64,000 nucleotides of DNA from Octopus vulgaris. Taxonomy: Eukaryota. The position numbers were made by a program, and so were the translations under genes. The DNA lies in assembly GCA_951406725.2 (NCBI GenBank), contig OX597827.1, forward strand, positions 42,718,001 through 42,782,000, read 5' to 3'. Shown one piece after another: positions 39,005-52,064 of this stretch (its first letter is position 1; every line of letters begins with the position of its first letter). The notes below the pieces were generated by a model that searched no databases, was not told the DNA's origin, and saw only the letters and a program-made list of their open reading frames with translations.

Positions 39005-40005
39005 GCAGATGAAAGGATGAGAGTATATGAGCGAAAGACCATGCATGGATATGTTAGTAGAAAGCTCCGAGATGATAGTAACATTGATGGACCAACAAAC
39101 GGATTACTACCTCCCACTTTGAAGAGGATGCGATTGAAATCCAGAAACAGGAAATATCAACCAAATTACTGATGCACAAAAGGGATAAAGATGCAGAAAA
39201 AGCAGTAAAATGTGACAACCTATGCAGACTTTGTGGAGTAAACACACTCACATCATAAGCAGTTGTCCGAAAATATCATCACAGTATTATTTGCCGATGG
39301 GACATGATGTTGTAGCTAGGACACTGTATAACGTGATCCGTCGAAAGGATAACCCCGAGAACAAAGAAATAAGAACCCACAGTATGGTGAAAGACATAGC
39401 GACTCATAACAAAAGTACTTGTGGAATGTCCCAGTGAAAACCTCAGTAAAATGTAAACACAATAGACCCGATACAATGATTTGGAATAAAGAAGAGAAAA
39501 TGTGTACAATTGTGGAAATCAGCTGCCCAGCAGATGTTAAGATAAAGCGAAAGATCAGCGAAAGAGAAAATACGTACGCTGAACTATTGAGAAATCTGCA
39601 GTTACTCTATCCAGATTACGAGTTCAGGTATATACCTGTTATTATTGGGGCACTGGGATATCTAACGCACTGCTTAAATACTAATCTTGAGAAATTAGGC
39701 TTCTCAAAACCAGAAAGAAGAAAGCTGATTCAAAGATTTCAGGTCCAGTCTATCACTGGAACTGGAAAACTCTGTAGAACTTTCCAGAAGTTTATCATTT
39801 AAGTATATATGCGCATGTCTAGACATGAAAATCTATGCATGAGAATACATACATACGACAAAACATATAAATCTGCACATGTACATACATATATACAAAA
39901 ATACCCTGTTGGTGTTGTTTAAATTCCAGTGAAGGAGACTTGGATCTAGGTTAGAAACCGGCTCTTTCTCTATTGGCGAGAAATCTTGAATTAAAACTGA
40001 ATAAT
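39005..40005 (+). pseudogene. R4/Dong-like RLE non-LTR retrotransposon, 3' part plus UTR
   Basis: KTMHGYV, CRLCG..HIISSC (CCHC), GHDVVA (cf. RHD), HNRPD..VEISCP (PD-D/E nuclease), IPVIIGALG; frameshifts; 3' end joins (CATA)n. Confidence 0.85.
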
Positions 40006-40009
40006 GACA

Positions 40010-41609
40010 TACATACATGCATGCATACATACATACATACATACATGCATACATGCATATATGAATACATACATGCATACATACATGCATGCATACATAC
40101 ATACATACATACATACATACATACATACATGCATACATGCATACATGAATACATACATACATACATATACATACATGAATACATACATACATACATACGT
40201 ACATACATACATGCATACAAAAATACATACACACACATACATACATACATACATACATACATACATACATACATACATACATACATACATACATACATAC
40301 ATACATACATACATACATACATACATACATACATACATGTTTAATAATTATACTCAGCTGCTGTGTGATCGTAGGCTGCGTAGCAACGTCATGGTAACCC
40401 ACCACTACTTCCCTCTCCGTCGACACCACTACCACCGCCGCCGCCACCCCAACCGCCATTACCACCACCGCCACCACCACCACCATCACCACTGCCGCTG
40501 CCGCCGCTTCCACCACCACCACCGCCACCACCACCACCAGTAACAGCGACAACTGCTCCTCCACTATTCACACAATCGGTTGCTTTTGTCTGTCCACCAC
40601 CCGTCACCGCCAGACAAGCAGTCATTGACATTATAAAACAAAAGAAAATTTATAAAAAAAAAAAAAGACAAATACCATCGCCTTCCACTACCACAACCAC
40701 CACCACTACCACCAGTACTACCATCATCACTGATATTTAACACTATCACCAACAGAAATACCATTGCTATTACCATTGGAACCAGTCATACCAACACCAA
40801 CACCAACACCAGCTGCAAGTACTACCTCCGCCACTACCTGCACCACCACCATCCTCAGCATTACCATCACCATTATCACTACAGACCCATCAAATCTCTA
40901 GCAACCACCAACATCACAGCTCCTACCACCGCCACCACAACCACAACCGCCACCAACAACATCACCTCTGTCACCAGCACCGCAACCACCACCACCACCA
41001 CCACGGCATCCACGCCACCACTACATCAACGCCATCAAAACACCCACATTACTACTGCACAACCACTGCCATCACCCTCACCATCACTACTACAACCAAC
41101 ACCACCACCCTTATCATCTCCATCATCATCATCATCACAACTATCACATCTATCACATCATAACAACAAGATCAACAAGATGAAGAAAAGAAAGAAAGAA
41201 AGAAAGAAAGAAAAGAAGAAGAAGAAGAAGAAGAAGAAGAAGAAGAAGAAGAAGAAGAAAAACAAGATCAACAATAACAACAAGATCAATGAGAAAAAGA
41301 TGGAGACGAGGAAGAAGCAGAAGAAGAGTAGCAACAACAACGACAACAACAACAACAAGATCAACAAGAAGAAAAAGATGGAGGACGACCGCCACCAACA
41401 CCATCACCACTGTCACCAACACCGCAACCACCACCACCACCACCATCGTTGTTATTGTCGTCATGATCATCATTATAACCACTGCCACGACCATCACCAC
41501 GAGAACACTAACAACAACATCACTCAAACTACTACTGTACAACCACCACCACCATCATCATCATCATCACCATCACAACCACCATCACTACTGCTACCAC
41601 CACCTTTAT

Positions 41610-41654
<45 letters not shown>

Positions 41655-42009
41655 CAGCATCATCATCAGCATCATCATCATCATCATTATTATCATCATC
41701 ATCATCACGGCCATTATCACCACTAATAACAACCGCCCCGCTGTTATCACCATCAGCATCACCATCATATTACTACATCCACCCGTAACATCATCATCAT
41801 CATCAGCAGCAGCAGCAGTAGCACCACCACCACCACCACCACAACCACCACATCTTGACATTAATATCAACCACTGTCACAACTATAACAACGGGTATCT
41901 TAGCAAATTCCAGCCGCCATCAGCAGCAACAAGGATTCCGCACCCCGTCCATTCCTATTACCATCGTAAGAACCCCCTACCATCGTCATCGTCGTTGTCA
42001 TCATCATCG

Positions 42010-42060
<51 letters not shown>

Positions 42061-42494
42061 ACGTTGCCCGTCGTGGTCGTCGTGGTCATCATCATGGATC
42101 GTCGACGTGGTCGTCGTCGTCACCACAAGCACCCGCCACGCAAAAAAAAAACATTACTACTGCTACAACTACAACTACTACTACTATTACGACTACTACT
42201 ACGACTACTACTACTACTACTATAAAAACACCACCATAACAAGATCAACAAGAACAACAACAACAACAATAACAAGATCAAGAAAAAGAAAAAGAAAAAG
42301 AAAAAGATGAAGAAGAAGAAAACAACAAGATCAACAAGAAGAAAAAGATGAAGAAGAATAAGAATGAGAACAACAACAACAACAAGATCAACAAGAACAC
42401 ACAGATGATGATGATGATGATGATGATGATGAAGAAGAAGAAGAAGAAGAAGAAGAAGAAGAAGAAGAAGAAGAAGAAGAAGAAGAAGAAGAAG

Positions 42495-42548
<54 letters not shown>

Positions 42549-42610
42549 AACCACAACAACAACAACAATAACAACGACGGCAACAACCACAGCGACGACT
42601 ACCAGCGCCA
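40010..42610. repeat. Mosaic of (CATA)n, (ACC)n, (AAG)n, (ATC)n, (AGC)n and (AAC)n tracts
   Basis: Directly visible. Confidence 0.9.
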
Positions 42611-42740
42611 TCTCCATAACTATTTCCACTTTTCACATTTCAATGATTTCCTATTTCTACAAATTTGCACGTTCTGAACAACTTTCACGTTTCATGTGTA
42701 TCTCTAGGAATCTTGTGTATGGAGTTACACACATACACAC

Positions 42741-42790
<50 letters not shown>

Positions 42791-42879
42791 TACGTATATA
42801 TACATGCACACATACACACATGCACACGCACACAGATACACATATGTGTGTGCGTGTGCATTTATATATATATATATAT

Positions 42880-42941
<62 letters not shown>

Positions 42942-43040
42942 ATATATATATATATATATATGTACGCATGTATGTGTATGTATATGTATACATATGATTA
43001 TGCATATATAAATATACGCATATCTGGATGTGTGTGTGTT

Positions 43041-43080
<40 letters not shown>

Positions 43081-43399
43081 AACACACACATATATATATA
43101 TATGTTTGCATATACATATAGTGTGTGTCTATCTTGTGTTTATGTGCGTGTGTATCTGTATGTATATGCATGTGTATGGGTAACTCAAATTTATAATGGC
43201 GCTTGTATTAATTTTCCTCTTTCTTTTAATCTTTATATTCACTTCTAATTTATTTTATGTTTTGTTTTATTGTTTTCCTCTCCCTCCATTCTGTCTGTGT
43301 GTTCGTCTGCTTACGTATCTGTCGTCCTCCCTTTCTCTCTCTCCCTCTCTACCGTCCTGGCTGTTCGACTGTTTGTCTGTGTGGTTGCTAATCTGCTTG

Positions 43400-43465
<66 letters not shown>

Positions 43466-43489
43466 AATCTATCTATCTATTTATCTTTT

Positions 43490-43790
43490 TTCATTGACCG
43501 AGGTTACCGTGGTCTTTTCCGTGGGCTTTTCTTTCCACGGGTAAACCTCACCTGTCCTCCCCTTTACACTTTATATTTAACATTTCTGTGATAACGATCC
43601 CTGTTGATCGATTTTTTCTTTTTCTTTTTATTCTCCCCATCCCCTTATTTTTGCTTTCCTCTCTTCTTTCCTTTTACGATCCCTTTTGATCGAAAACCAA
43701 CCACCCCTCTTTTTTTATCCTCAAAAAGAAAAGCTCTACCTTGTAATTTGTCCCGTCTGTGTGCTGCCCTGTGTGGCTAATAAAGAAACA
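43490..43790 (+). mobile_element. Tx1-clade LINE 3' UTR, copy 1, within (TCTA)n
   Basis: Highly similar to about 44405-44707; ends AATAAAGAAACA followed by (TATC)n. Confidence 0.85.
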
Positions 43791-43793
43791 TAT

Positions 43794-43825
<32 letters not shown>

Positions 43826-43827
<2 letters not shown>

Positions 43828-44707
43828 GGACAACTTCCAGAGATCCCTGGCCTGGCGGTGCTACCGAGAAGCGCTACCCGTTCGGGATAAGCTCTATAGG
43901 CATGGCTCGAGAAACACGGGGCCGACCTGCCTGAGATGCGGGCAGAGCGACGAAACCGCTCTGCACGTAATCGTGCAGTGTCCAGCAATTTCCGACCTGT
44001 GGACTTATGTCGAACGACTGCTGTCACGTGTGGGACGAGTCGGTTTATCAGCCGATTCTATCGTTAATATCGTCACGCCTCCTTCCTTCAAACGGGAAGG
44101 AAGAGCTATTTTTATCATACTTGTGGCTATGGCGAAAGAATGTATCTGGTGGACGCGCCTGAAAGGATTAGAGACAAACACTTTCCTCTCTGGTCAATCT
44201 CTCATCAACTTCTTCAAGTATCACTTGAAGAAAAAAGTGAGTAGAGAGGCAGGTTTTGTCTAGTGAATGTTTTAAAAAAGATGGGTGAATGTAGCAAGGA
44301 TGGCACGTATGAATGACGAAGCCACCTTGACTATGAACCGTAAAAATTAATACAGAGAGTTGCTTATTTGCAAAAAAAAAAAAAAAAGAAATATAACATG
44401 TGACTTCATTGACCGAGGTTACCGTGGTCTTTTCTGTAGGCTTTTCTTTCCACGGGTAAACCTCACCTGTCCTCCCCTTTACACTTCATATTGACATTTC
44501 TGTGATAATGATCCCTATTATTAATTTTTTTTTTGCTCTCCCCCCACCTTTTTTTTAACCCCTCCCTTTTTTTGTCCTCTTTCTTTCCTTTTACGATCCC
44601 TTTTGATCGAAAACCAACCACCCCTCTTTTTTTATCCCCAAAAAGAAAAGCTCTACCTTGTAATTTGTCCCGTCTGTGTGCTGCCCTCTGTGGCTAATAA
44701 AGAAACA
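43826..44707 (+). mobile_element. 5'-truncated Tx1/L1-clade LINE (ORF2 C-terminal zinc finger plus 3' UTR), within (TCTA)n
   Basis: Open frame from 43826 to the stop at 44263: LDNFQRSLAWRCYREALPVRDKLYRHG..TCLRCGQSDETALHVIVQCP..LW..AKECIWWTR (zf-RVT-type CCHC). Confidence 0.85.
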
Positions 44708-45375
<668 letters not shown>

Positions 45376-46306
45376 CTGCCTTATTGCATATCTCTCGCTT
45401 CTCCCCGTTTCTCTTATCTCTCTTTCGCTCTTCTCTTTCTCCCTCTTCCTCTCTCTCTCTCACTCTTCCCCCTCTCTCTTTCCCTCTACCCCTCTCCTGC
45501 TTGATAAGCTTGTATTCCCTCTCCCCAATTTCTGCCCTCTTATTACTAACACATCCACACAACTGCATTTATAATCACAATGGCATGCACGCACAATCAC
45601 ACACGAGCACACTTTCTCACACACAAAACCACACACACACACACACGTACGCATACTTATGCGTGTGCTCTTGGCACATGCATACACATTCTTACATATT
45701 TTGCGTGCGCATGTATGTATATATGTCTGTGGGTGTTTTTATGATTACGGTAAATGTGTGTATGCGCGTGTGTGCATATATGCATAAATGTATGTATATA
45801 TGTATGCGTGAACGTATGTATTGTATGTGTGTATATTCCTTCATTCGTTTATGTTTCAGCTGTAAGGCTGTGAGCATATATATATATATATATATAATAA
45901 TAAGAGTAAATAATTTCTATAAAGGCTTTTAAAAAAACCCCAATTATTTACTGGTAGAATTCGGTATGTAAATATAGCCGATTACCGGCAGGAACTTCTG
46001 TAAAGTTCAGTATATATATTGTATATAAGAAAAAGGGACAGGCAACAGGTTGCTTGACCGCATACCGAAAAAATAGAAATAGCAGTCAAGAATGCTTATT
46101 TCTATCAAAGTTGGACTCCGGGCACGACAAACCCTGTAATTCACATATGCAAAACAGAAGGAATAGATAACGAAAACGAAGTCTGGTGGTTATCTGTGAA
46201 CATCATGTTTCTGGATTATAAACATATTGAATATATATTTCATATATATTTTTGATATATATTTCATATACATTGCATATATATTTCACATCCTTCTTCA
46301 GCACAG

Positions 46307-46388
<82 letters not shown>

Positions 46389-46844
46389 CATATATATATA
46401 TATATATATACATTCACACACACACATATATATATACATACACACACACACACATATACATATATATATATATATGCGTGTATACATGCATACACACATA
46501 TATATATATATGCGTGTATACATGCATACACACACGCGCATATATACACCTAAATTCACCAGAATCTACATCACACGTCTTTCGTCTTTCTCTGTGCATG
46601 TGTATATACATACATACATACATACATACATACATACATGTAGACGCTCCCTGATTCTGTTGTTTAACCCTCTGCAGGTCAGCCATGCTTGATCTGTTCA
46701 GTATCACGTAGGCCAGTCGTTGTGCCATCCATGTAAAAGATTACGACAACAGATAAACCTTGTTTGTTCTTTCATGATTTAGCCTCTGCTCCCCATCCAG
46801 CACTCAGCAGATATATCTGTTATCGTTTTATCTTTCGTGTTCTG

Positions 46845-47067
46845 CCTGTTTCGGTCATTAGACTGCGGCTATGCTGGGACACCCCATCACCAAGATTTTA
46901 AGTCGAGCAAATCTACCCCGTTACTTATATTTCGAGCTGGGTGCTCATTTCATCAGTCTCTCTTTTTATATTTTGCGTGAACTACTAGGTTATCGGGACG
47001 TAAATAAACCAACACTGGTTGTCACGCGCTGGTGGAGGTGGCTTGGTGGGTGAAACACAAATACAAA

Positions 47068-47070
<3 letters not shown>
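46845..47070 (-). mobile_element. Old SINE family A, 3' half
   Basis: Diverged reverse complement of the A tail. Confidence 0.6.
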
Positions 47071-47123
<53 letters not shown>

Positions 47124-47124
47124 A

Positions 47125-47437
47125 AGGAGCACTCAATCAGTTACGACGATGAGGGTCCCAGCTGATACACTCAACGGTACAACTTGCTTGGGAAATTAAC
47201 GTGCAATTGGCTGAGCACTCCACAGACACGTGTACCCATAACGTAGTTCTCAAGGAATTCAGCATGAGAAGGCTCGCCCTTTGGAATACAGATGCTACTC
47301 ATTTTTGCCAGCTGAGTGGACTGGAGCAACGTGAAATAAAGTGTTTGGCTCAAGGACACAACGAATCACCATGAATTGAACTCACGACTTTACGATCGTG
47401 AGCCGGATGCTATAACCACTAAACCACACGCCTTCAC
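47125..47437 (-). mobile_element. SINE variant: different tRNA head/body with a family B tail
   Basis: Minus-strand head GTGAAGGCGTGTGGTTTAGTGGTT..GAGTTCAATTC, body GTGTCCTTGAGCC..CCAGTCCACTCAGCTGG, then B tail CGTGTCTGTGGAGTGCTCAGCC..CCCTCATCGTCGTAAC. Confidence 0.75.
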
Positions 47438-47799
47438 ACACACATAGATATATATACCGAACACTGATACGGTAAAGTGCAAGATCACATAATGTTTCTA
47501 GAATTGTTACGTAATTATTACGGCATTTTGCTTAAACGCGTGTATCCCCTATAAATCTTTGACAACCACACCTATTCTATTTAGATTTTCATTGTTTCTA
47601 TAACACACAAACATATACATGGATGCATACATATAAATGTGATACACATGCACACACACATATATATGAATATAAATATATAAGAATATTTATAAATCTA
47701 TGTATGTATGTGTATATATATACATATATATACACACACATACATACATATCTATATATACATACATACATACATACGAACATATATGTGCACATATAT

Positions 47800-47830
<31 letters not shown>

Positions 47831-47982
47831 CACATACACACATATATATATATATTCATTTACTTATATATACACATATATATATTCACATATATATACA
47901 TATATATATATAATATAAATAATATATAAATATATGCATATATACATACATACATACATACATACATACATACATACATACA

Positions 47983-48015
<33 letters not shown>

Positions 48016-48114
48016 GTACACTCCTACATATATATGTATATATACATGCATATATGGGTACAGGACATAAAAAAACGAGACAGAATGAGAAACGAGAACA
48101 TAAAAAATAAAAAA

Positions 48115-48366
48115 GCACGGAATCTGAAAGAAGCCCGTCGTATATATGTATGTGTGTGTGTGTATTTGTGTGTTTGTGTTTGTTCCTCCAACACCGTTTG
48201 ACAACCGATGCTGGTGTGTTTACGTCCCCGTAACTTATCGGTTCGGCAAAAGAGACTGATAGAATAAGTACTAGGCTTACAAAGAAAAAGTCCTGGTGTC
48301 GATTTGCTCGACTAAAGGTGGAGCTCCAGCATGGCCACAGTCAAGTGACTGAAAGAAGTAAAAGAG
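48115..48366 (+). mobile_element. SINE family A, 3' two-thirds
   Basis: GAAAGAAGCCCGTCG through the tail. Confidence 0.85.
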
Positions 48367-48567
48367 TGCAATTCTTTAAATACTAAATAAAAAAAAAAAA
48401 TTCATCTAATTCTAGCCTAGATTATCCTCCCACCTTTTTATTCAATATCTACGAACTATGATCCCCTCTAAACCCTGCAGTTCCCATCACAGGGAGCAAG
48501 AGCAAGGCTTTTGTTGCTACAGCGATCTTGAAGAGAGCGAAGTTGAAACCTGTAAATACGCAGCTGG

Positions 48568-49164
48568 TTGGCGTTGCTGAGAAGATCCGGGCTTTGAATA
48601 AAAGAAAATGCGGGAGGATCAGTTAATTATGATTTTATTGGACGTGGCTGTGTGGTAAGTAGCTTGCTAACCAACAACGGGGTTCCTGGTTCAGTCCCAC
48701 TGCGTGGCATCTTGGGCAAGTGTCTTCTGCTATAGCCCCGGGCCGACCAATGCCTTGTGAGTGGATTTGGTAGACGGAAACTGAAAGAAGACTGTCGTAT
48801 ATATGTGTGTGTGTGTGTGTGTGTTTGTCCCCCTAGCATTGCTTGACAACCGATGCTGGTGTGTTTACGTCCCCGTAACTTAGCGGTTCGGCAAAAAGAG
48901 ACCGATAGAATAAGTACTGGGCTTACAAAGAATAAGTCCTGGGGGTCGATTTGCTCGACTAAAGGCGGTGCTCCAGCATGGCCGCAGTCAAATGACTGAA
49001 ACAAGTAAAAGAGTAAAAGAGAGTATTTCCCTTTCTGATTCACACACTTATTGCAGCAGTCCTTCAGTTTTTATTAAACCCCGTAAAAGAACTCGGAAGG
49101 TTAAGCCCTCAACCAAACCTTTCCCATACCCTTAAAACCAGGAACTTTTCAGCAACCCTTCGTA
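48568..49164. mobile_element. Mariner-type MITE interrupted by SINE A
   Basis: Two halves homologous to 21748-21965 flank the SINE. Confidence 0.7.
48640..49023 (+). mobile_element. SINE family A nested in the MITE
   Basis: Near full copy. Confidence 0.92.
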
Positions 49165-49289
49165 TTTGACGGGTCTGCTACCAAAATGAGAAATAGTTAT
49201 AATAATTATTTCAAATTTTGGCACAAGTCTTGCAAAACACCTATGTATAAACTCCTTTCATCTTTTGATTTTCTGTTCAGTGATTTCTT

Positions 49290-49755
49290 ATTTCTTTATT
49301 GCCCACAAGGGGCTAAACATAGAGGAGACAAAAAAGGACAGACAAACGGATTAAGTCCGGTGCATAACTGGTACTTAATTTATCGACCCCAAAAGGGATG
49401 AAAGGCAAAGTCGACCTCGGCGGAATTTGAACTCAGAACGTAGCGGCAGATGAAATACCTATTTCTTTACTACCCACAAGGGGCTAAACACAGAGAGGAC
49501 AAACAAGGACAGACAAACGGATTAAGTCGATTTACTACCCACAGAGAGGACAGACACACGGATTAAGTCGATTATATCGACCCCCCCCACCACCACCACC
49601 ACCACCAGTGCGTAACTGGTACTTATTTAATCGACGCCGAAAGGATGAAAGGCAAAGTCGACCTCGGCGGAATTTGAACTCAGAACGTAGCGGCAGACGA
49701 AATACCGCTAAGCATTTCGCCCGGCGTGCTAACGTTTCTGCCAGCTCGCCGCCTT
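49290..49755 (-). mobile_element. Tandem or rearranged SINE family C copies (long tail)
   Basis: Reverse complement of C; two tails and two bodies. Confidence 0.85.
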
Positions 49756-50434
49756 ATTTCAGTTCAGTGATTTCTTGTCAGATAGTGACACCGTAGCATG
49801 TACCAACATTTTGACCTACATTCTACGAACTCTGCCATACGTCAGGTTTCGGTTTTATCCCTGACACGGTCCCTTCTATACATACATCAGCGCCCTGTTT
49901 GCTATCATCTTCCACAACGTCCATTCTCACGCAGGTGTTATAACGCTTCGTTTCTTCGAAACATTCTGCATACAGATGTCATCCATAAGCAACCTAGACA
50001 TCTTAATCCAAATCTGCGCCGATTCCATGAACAAGGACCCCAGAAAGATCTTCCAGAAGGGCCATATCAATCTTCGCCTTTTCAGGTTCACAAAGACAGT
50101 TCTTATACTTATAGAAAAAATATCGTACACCATTTAACATAAGGAGGTACTACGTACCAGTTAAATACTGGGGTCGATATAATCGACTCATCCCCTCTCC
50201 CAAAATGGCTACACTTTTGACAAAATTTGAAAGATTATTATTATTATTATTATTATAATTATTATTATTATTATTATTGGCACCGACCTACATATGTTTA
50301 AACTGAGCTTCAAACCAGCCATGGCAATATTTTTTTTTTCTTAACTAGCAGTGAGTGTCACGAGATATTGTTAATCTTAAACTGGGTTACACCGCCAAAA
50401 GAATACGCAAACAAGCATCGTATATAGCATATAG

Positions 50435-50480
<46 letters not shown>

Positions 50481-50550
50481 AATATACACATATATATATA
50501 TACATATATATATATCTATCTAGATATATATATATATATATATATATATC

Positions 50551-50635
<85 letters not shown>

Positions 50636-51033
50636 GAAGAGAGCGAAAACCATATACATTACACGAAGGAAATCATAAGAAATATGTGAGAGAAAGCATG
50701 TGGGTGAGGTGGGGAAAGAAAAGAAAGAAACAAAATTGTTCAAATTAATAAAAACCGACTGAAAGCTTATGTTACAAAATGTTAGTAGAATTCTGGGCCG
50801 TAGAAAATGAAAGAACGGATCCCTTGCGATCTAAGTGCCGTATGAACTCCGTGCTCGCATTAAAGAGTAATACCACTAACATTGTTTAGCCTGTGTAAGT
50901 GATACTAACCTAGCACGGGATGTCCATCTTTTCTGTGTTTCTCACACCTTCAAGACGCGTTGTTAACGTTCATTTATAAGTTCTTAAGTTGCTGTCGTAT
51001 TGTATCGTCTGCCTGCAACGCAATAATGACACT

Positions 51034-51348
51034 GTGTGGAGACACATAGCCTAGTGGTTAGAGCAGCGGACTCGCGGTCGAGGGATCGCGGGTTCGAATC
51101 TCAGACCGGACGATGTGTGTGTGTTTCTGAGCGAAACACCTAAGCTCCACGCGGCTCCGGCAGAAGGTAATGGCGAAACTTCTGCTGACTCTTTCGCCAC
51201 AACTTTCTCTCACTCTTTCCTCCTGCATCTTACAGCTCACCTGCGACGGACCGTCGTCCCGTCCAGGCGATGAACCTATACGCCAAGAAACCGGGAAACC
51301 GGCCCTTATGAGCTAGGCATGGCTCGAGAAGGAACAAAAAAAAAAAAA
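51034..51348 (+). mobile_element. SINE variant: family B head with a different body/tail and poly(A)
   Basis: B-like tRNA head; CCTGCGACGGACCGTCGTCCCGTCCAGG segment; A-tail; 13-bp TSD CAATAATGACACT / CAATGATGACACT (51021-51033 and 51349-51361). Confidence 0.85.
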
Positions 51349-51364
51349 CAATGATGACACTACT

Positions 51365-51570
51365 ATAAAAGTCTTCTCAATGAAGCGCAAGTTCCCCAAC
51401 TGTCCGTCTTATCATTGTTGTTCTGCAAGCTCGTGATATTGTCCATCCATTGCGTTCTTTGCCTGCCATTCTACCCTTCCTTCCATCATTAATATTTTCC
51501 AAATTTCAGCTTCTTCGCATATGGCCGTAATACAAGAGTTTTTGTTTTTTCACAATGTTCATAAGTTATC
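51365..51570 (-). pseudogene. RTE (BovB-like) ORF C-terminal fragment
   Basis: Minus strand KLLYYGHMRR..LENI..GRQRTQWMDNIT (cf. KLQYFGHLMRR..GRQR.RWLDGIT). Confidence 0.65.
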
Positions 51571-51670
51571 GTCTTTCTTGTTGTGAAGGTGAAAGAAGGT
51601 GAAAGTTCATACGTATATGTATGCATATGTCTGTGTGTGTGTGAGTGTGCATATATATATGAGGTATGTA

Positions 51671-51716
<46 letters not shown>

Positions 51717-51756
51717 TGATATTTATAAACAAATAACAACAGGTGGATTGAGCCTC

Positions 51757-51845
51757 ATTCACTACAGCTGTTTCAGACGTCTTTTTTATTGATGTATAGT
51801 GTTATTACATAATGTGAAAGAAAAATAGCTTTTCATCAGGTGAAT
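51757..51845 (-). ncRNA. Type I hammerhead ribozyme-like motif with a long stem II region
   Basis: Minus strand ATTCAC-CTGATGA-[58 nt]-GAAACAGCTGTA-GTGAAT: perfect 6-bp stem I, canonical core, palindromic stem III, GUA site. Confidence 0.65.
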
Positions 51846-51973
51846 ATATGCACGAATTAAACATTTCAAAGCATGTTAAAAAATCCAACTATGTACCATT
51901 TCATGATTCTCAGGCGAACTTTGGCCACAGACCTTTTTAGAATGTTTCAAAATGTTTAATTCGTGCATATTTT

Positions 51974-52064
51974 CACCTGATGAAACAGTTTTATTTTTCA
52001 TATGATGTAATAATTCTATTCATCACTAAAGACAAAAAAACACACGCTTGAAACAGCTGTAGTG
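51974..52064 (+). ncRNA. Inverted partner hammerhead-like motif
   Basis: CAC-CTGATGA(51977-51983)-[66 nt]-GAAACAGCTGTA(52050-52061)-GTG. Confidence 0.55.

Noticed and set aside
39926-39964. Hairpin plus GAAACCGG in the RLE element 3' UTR as a ribozyme
   Set aside because: No CUGANGA core and no stem I
43897-43913. Exact 17-nt match TAGGCATGGCTCGAGAA between the Tx1 ORF and the SINE tail at 51314-51330
   Set aside because: It is internal to the ORF with no extension; one 17-mer match within 64 kb on two strands is plausible by chance
46660-46740. Strong splice-acceptor-like site (ccctctgcag|G)
   Set aside because: All three frames stop within about 60 nt and there is no convincing donor
49798-50142. 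114-aa non-repetitive ORF
   Set aside because: No recognisable motif; the opposite strand weakly resembles a decayed RTE C-terminus (LKRRRLIW), too poor to call
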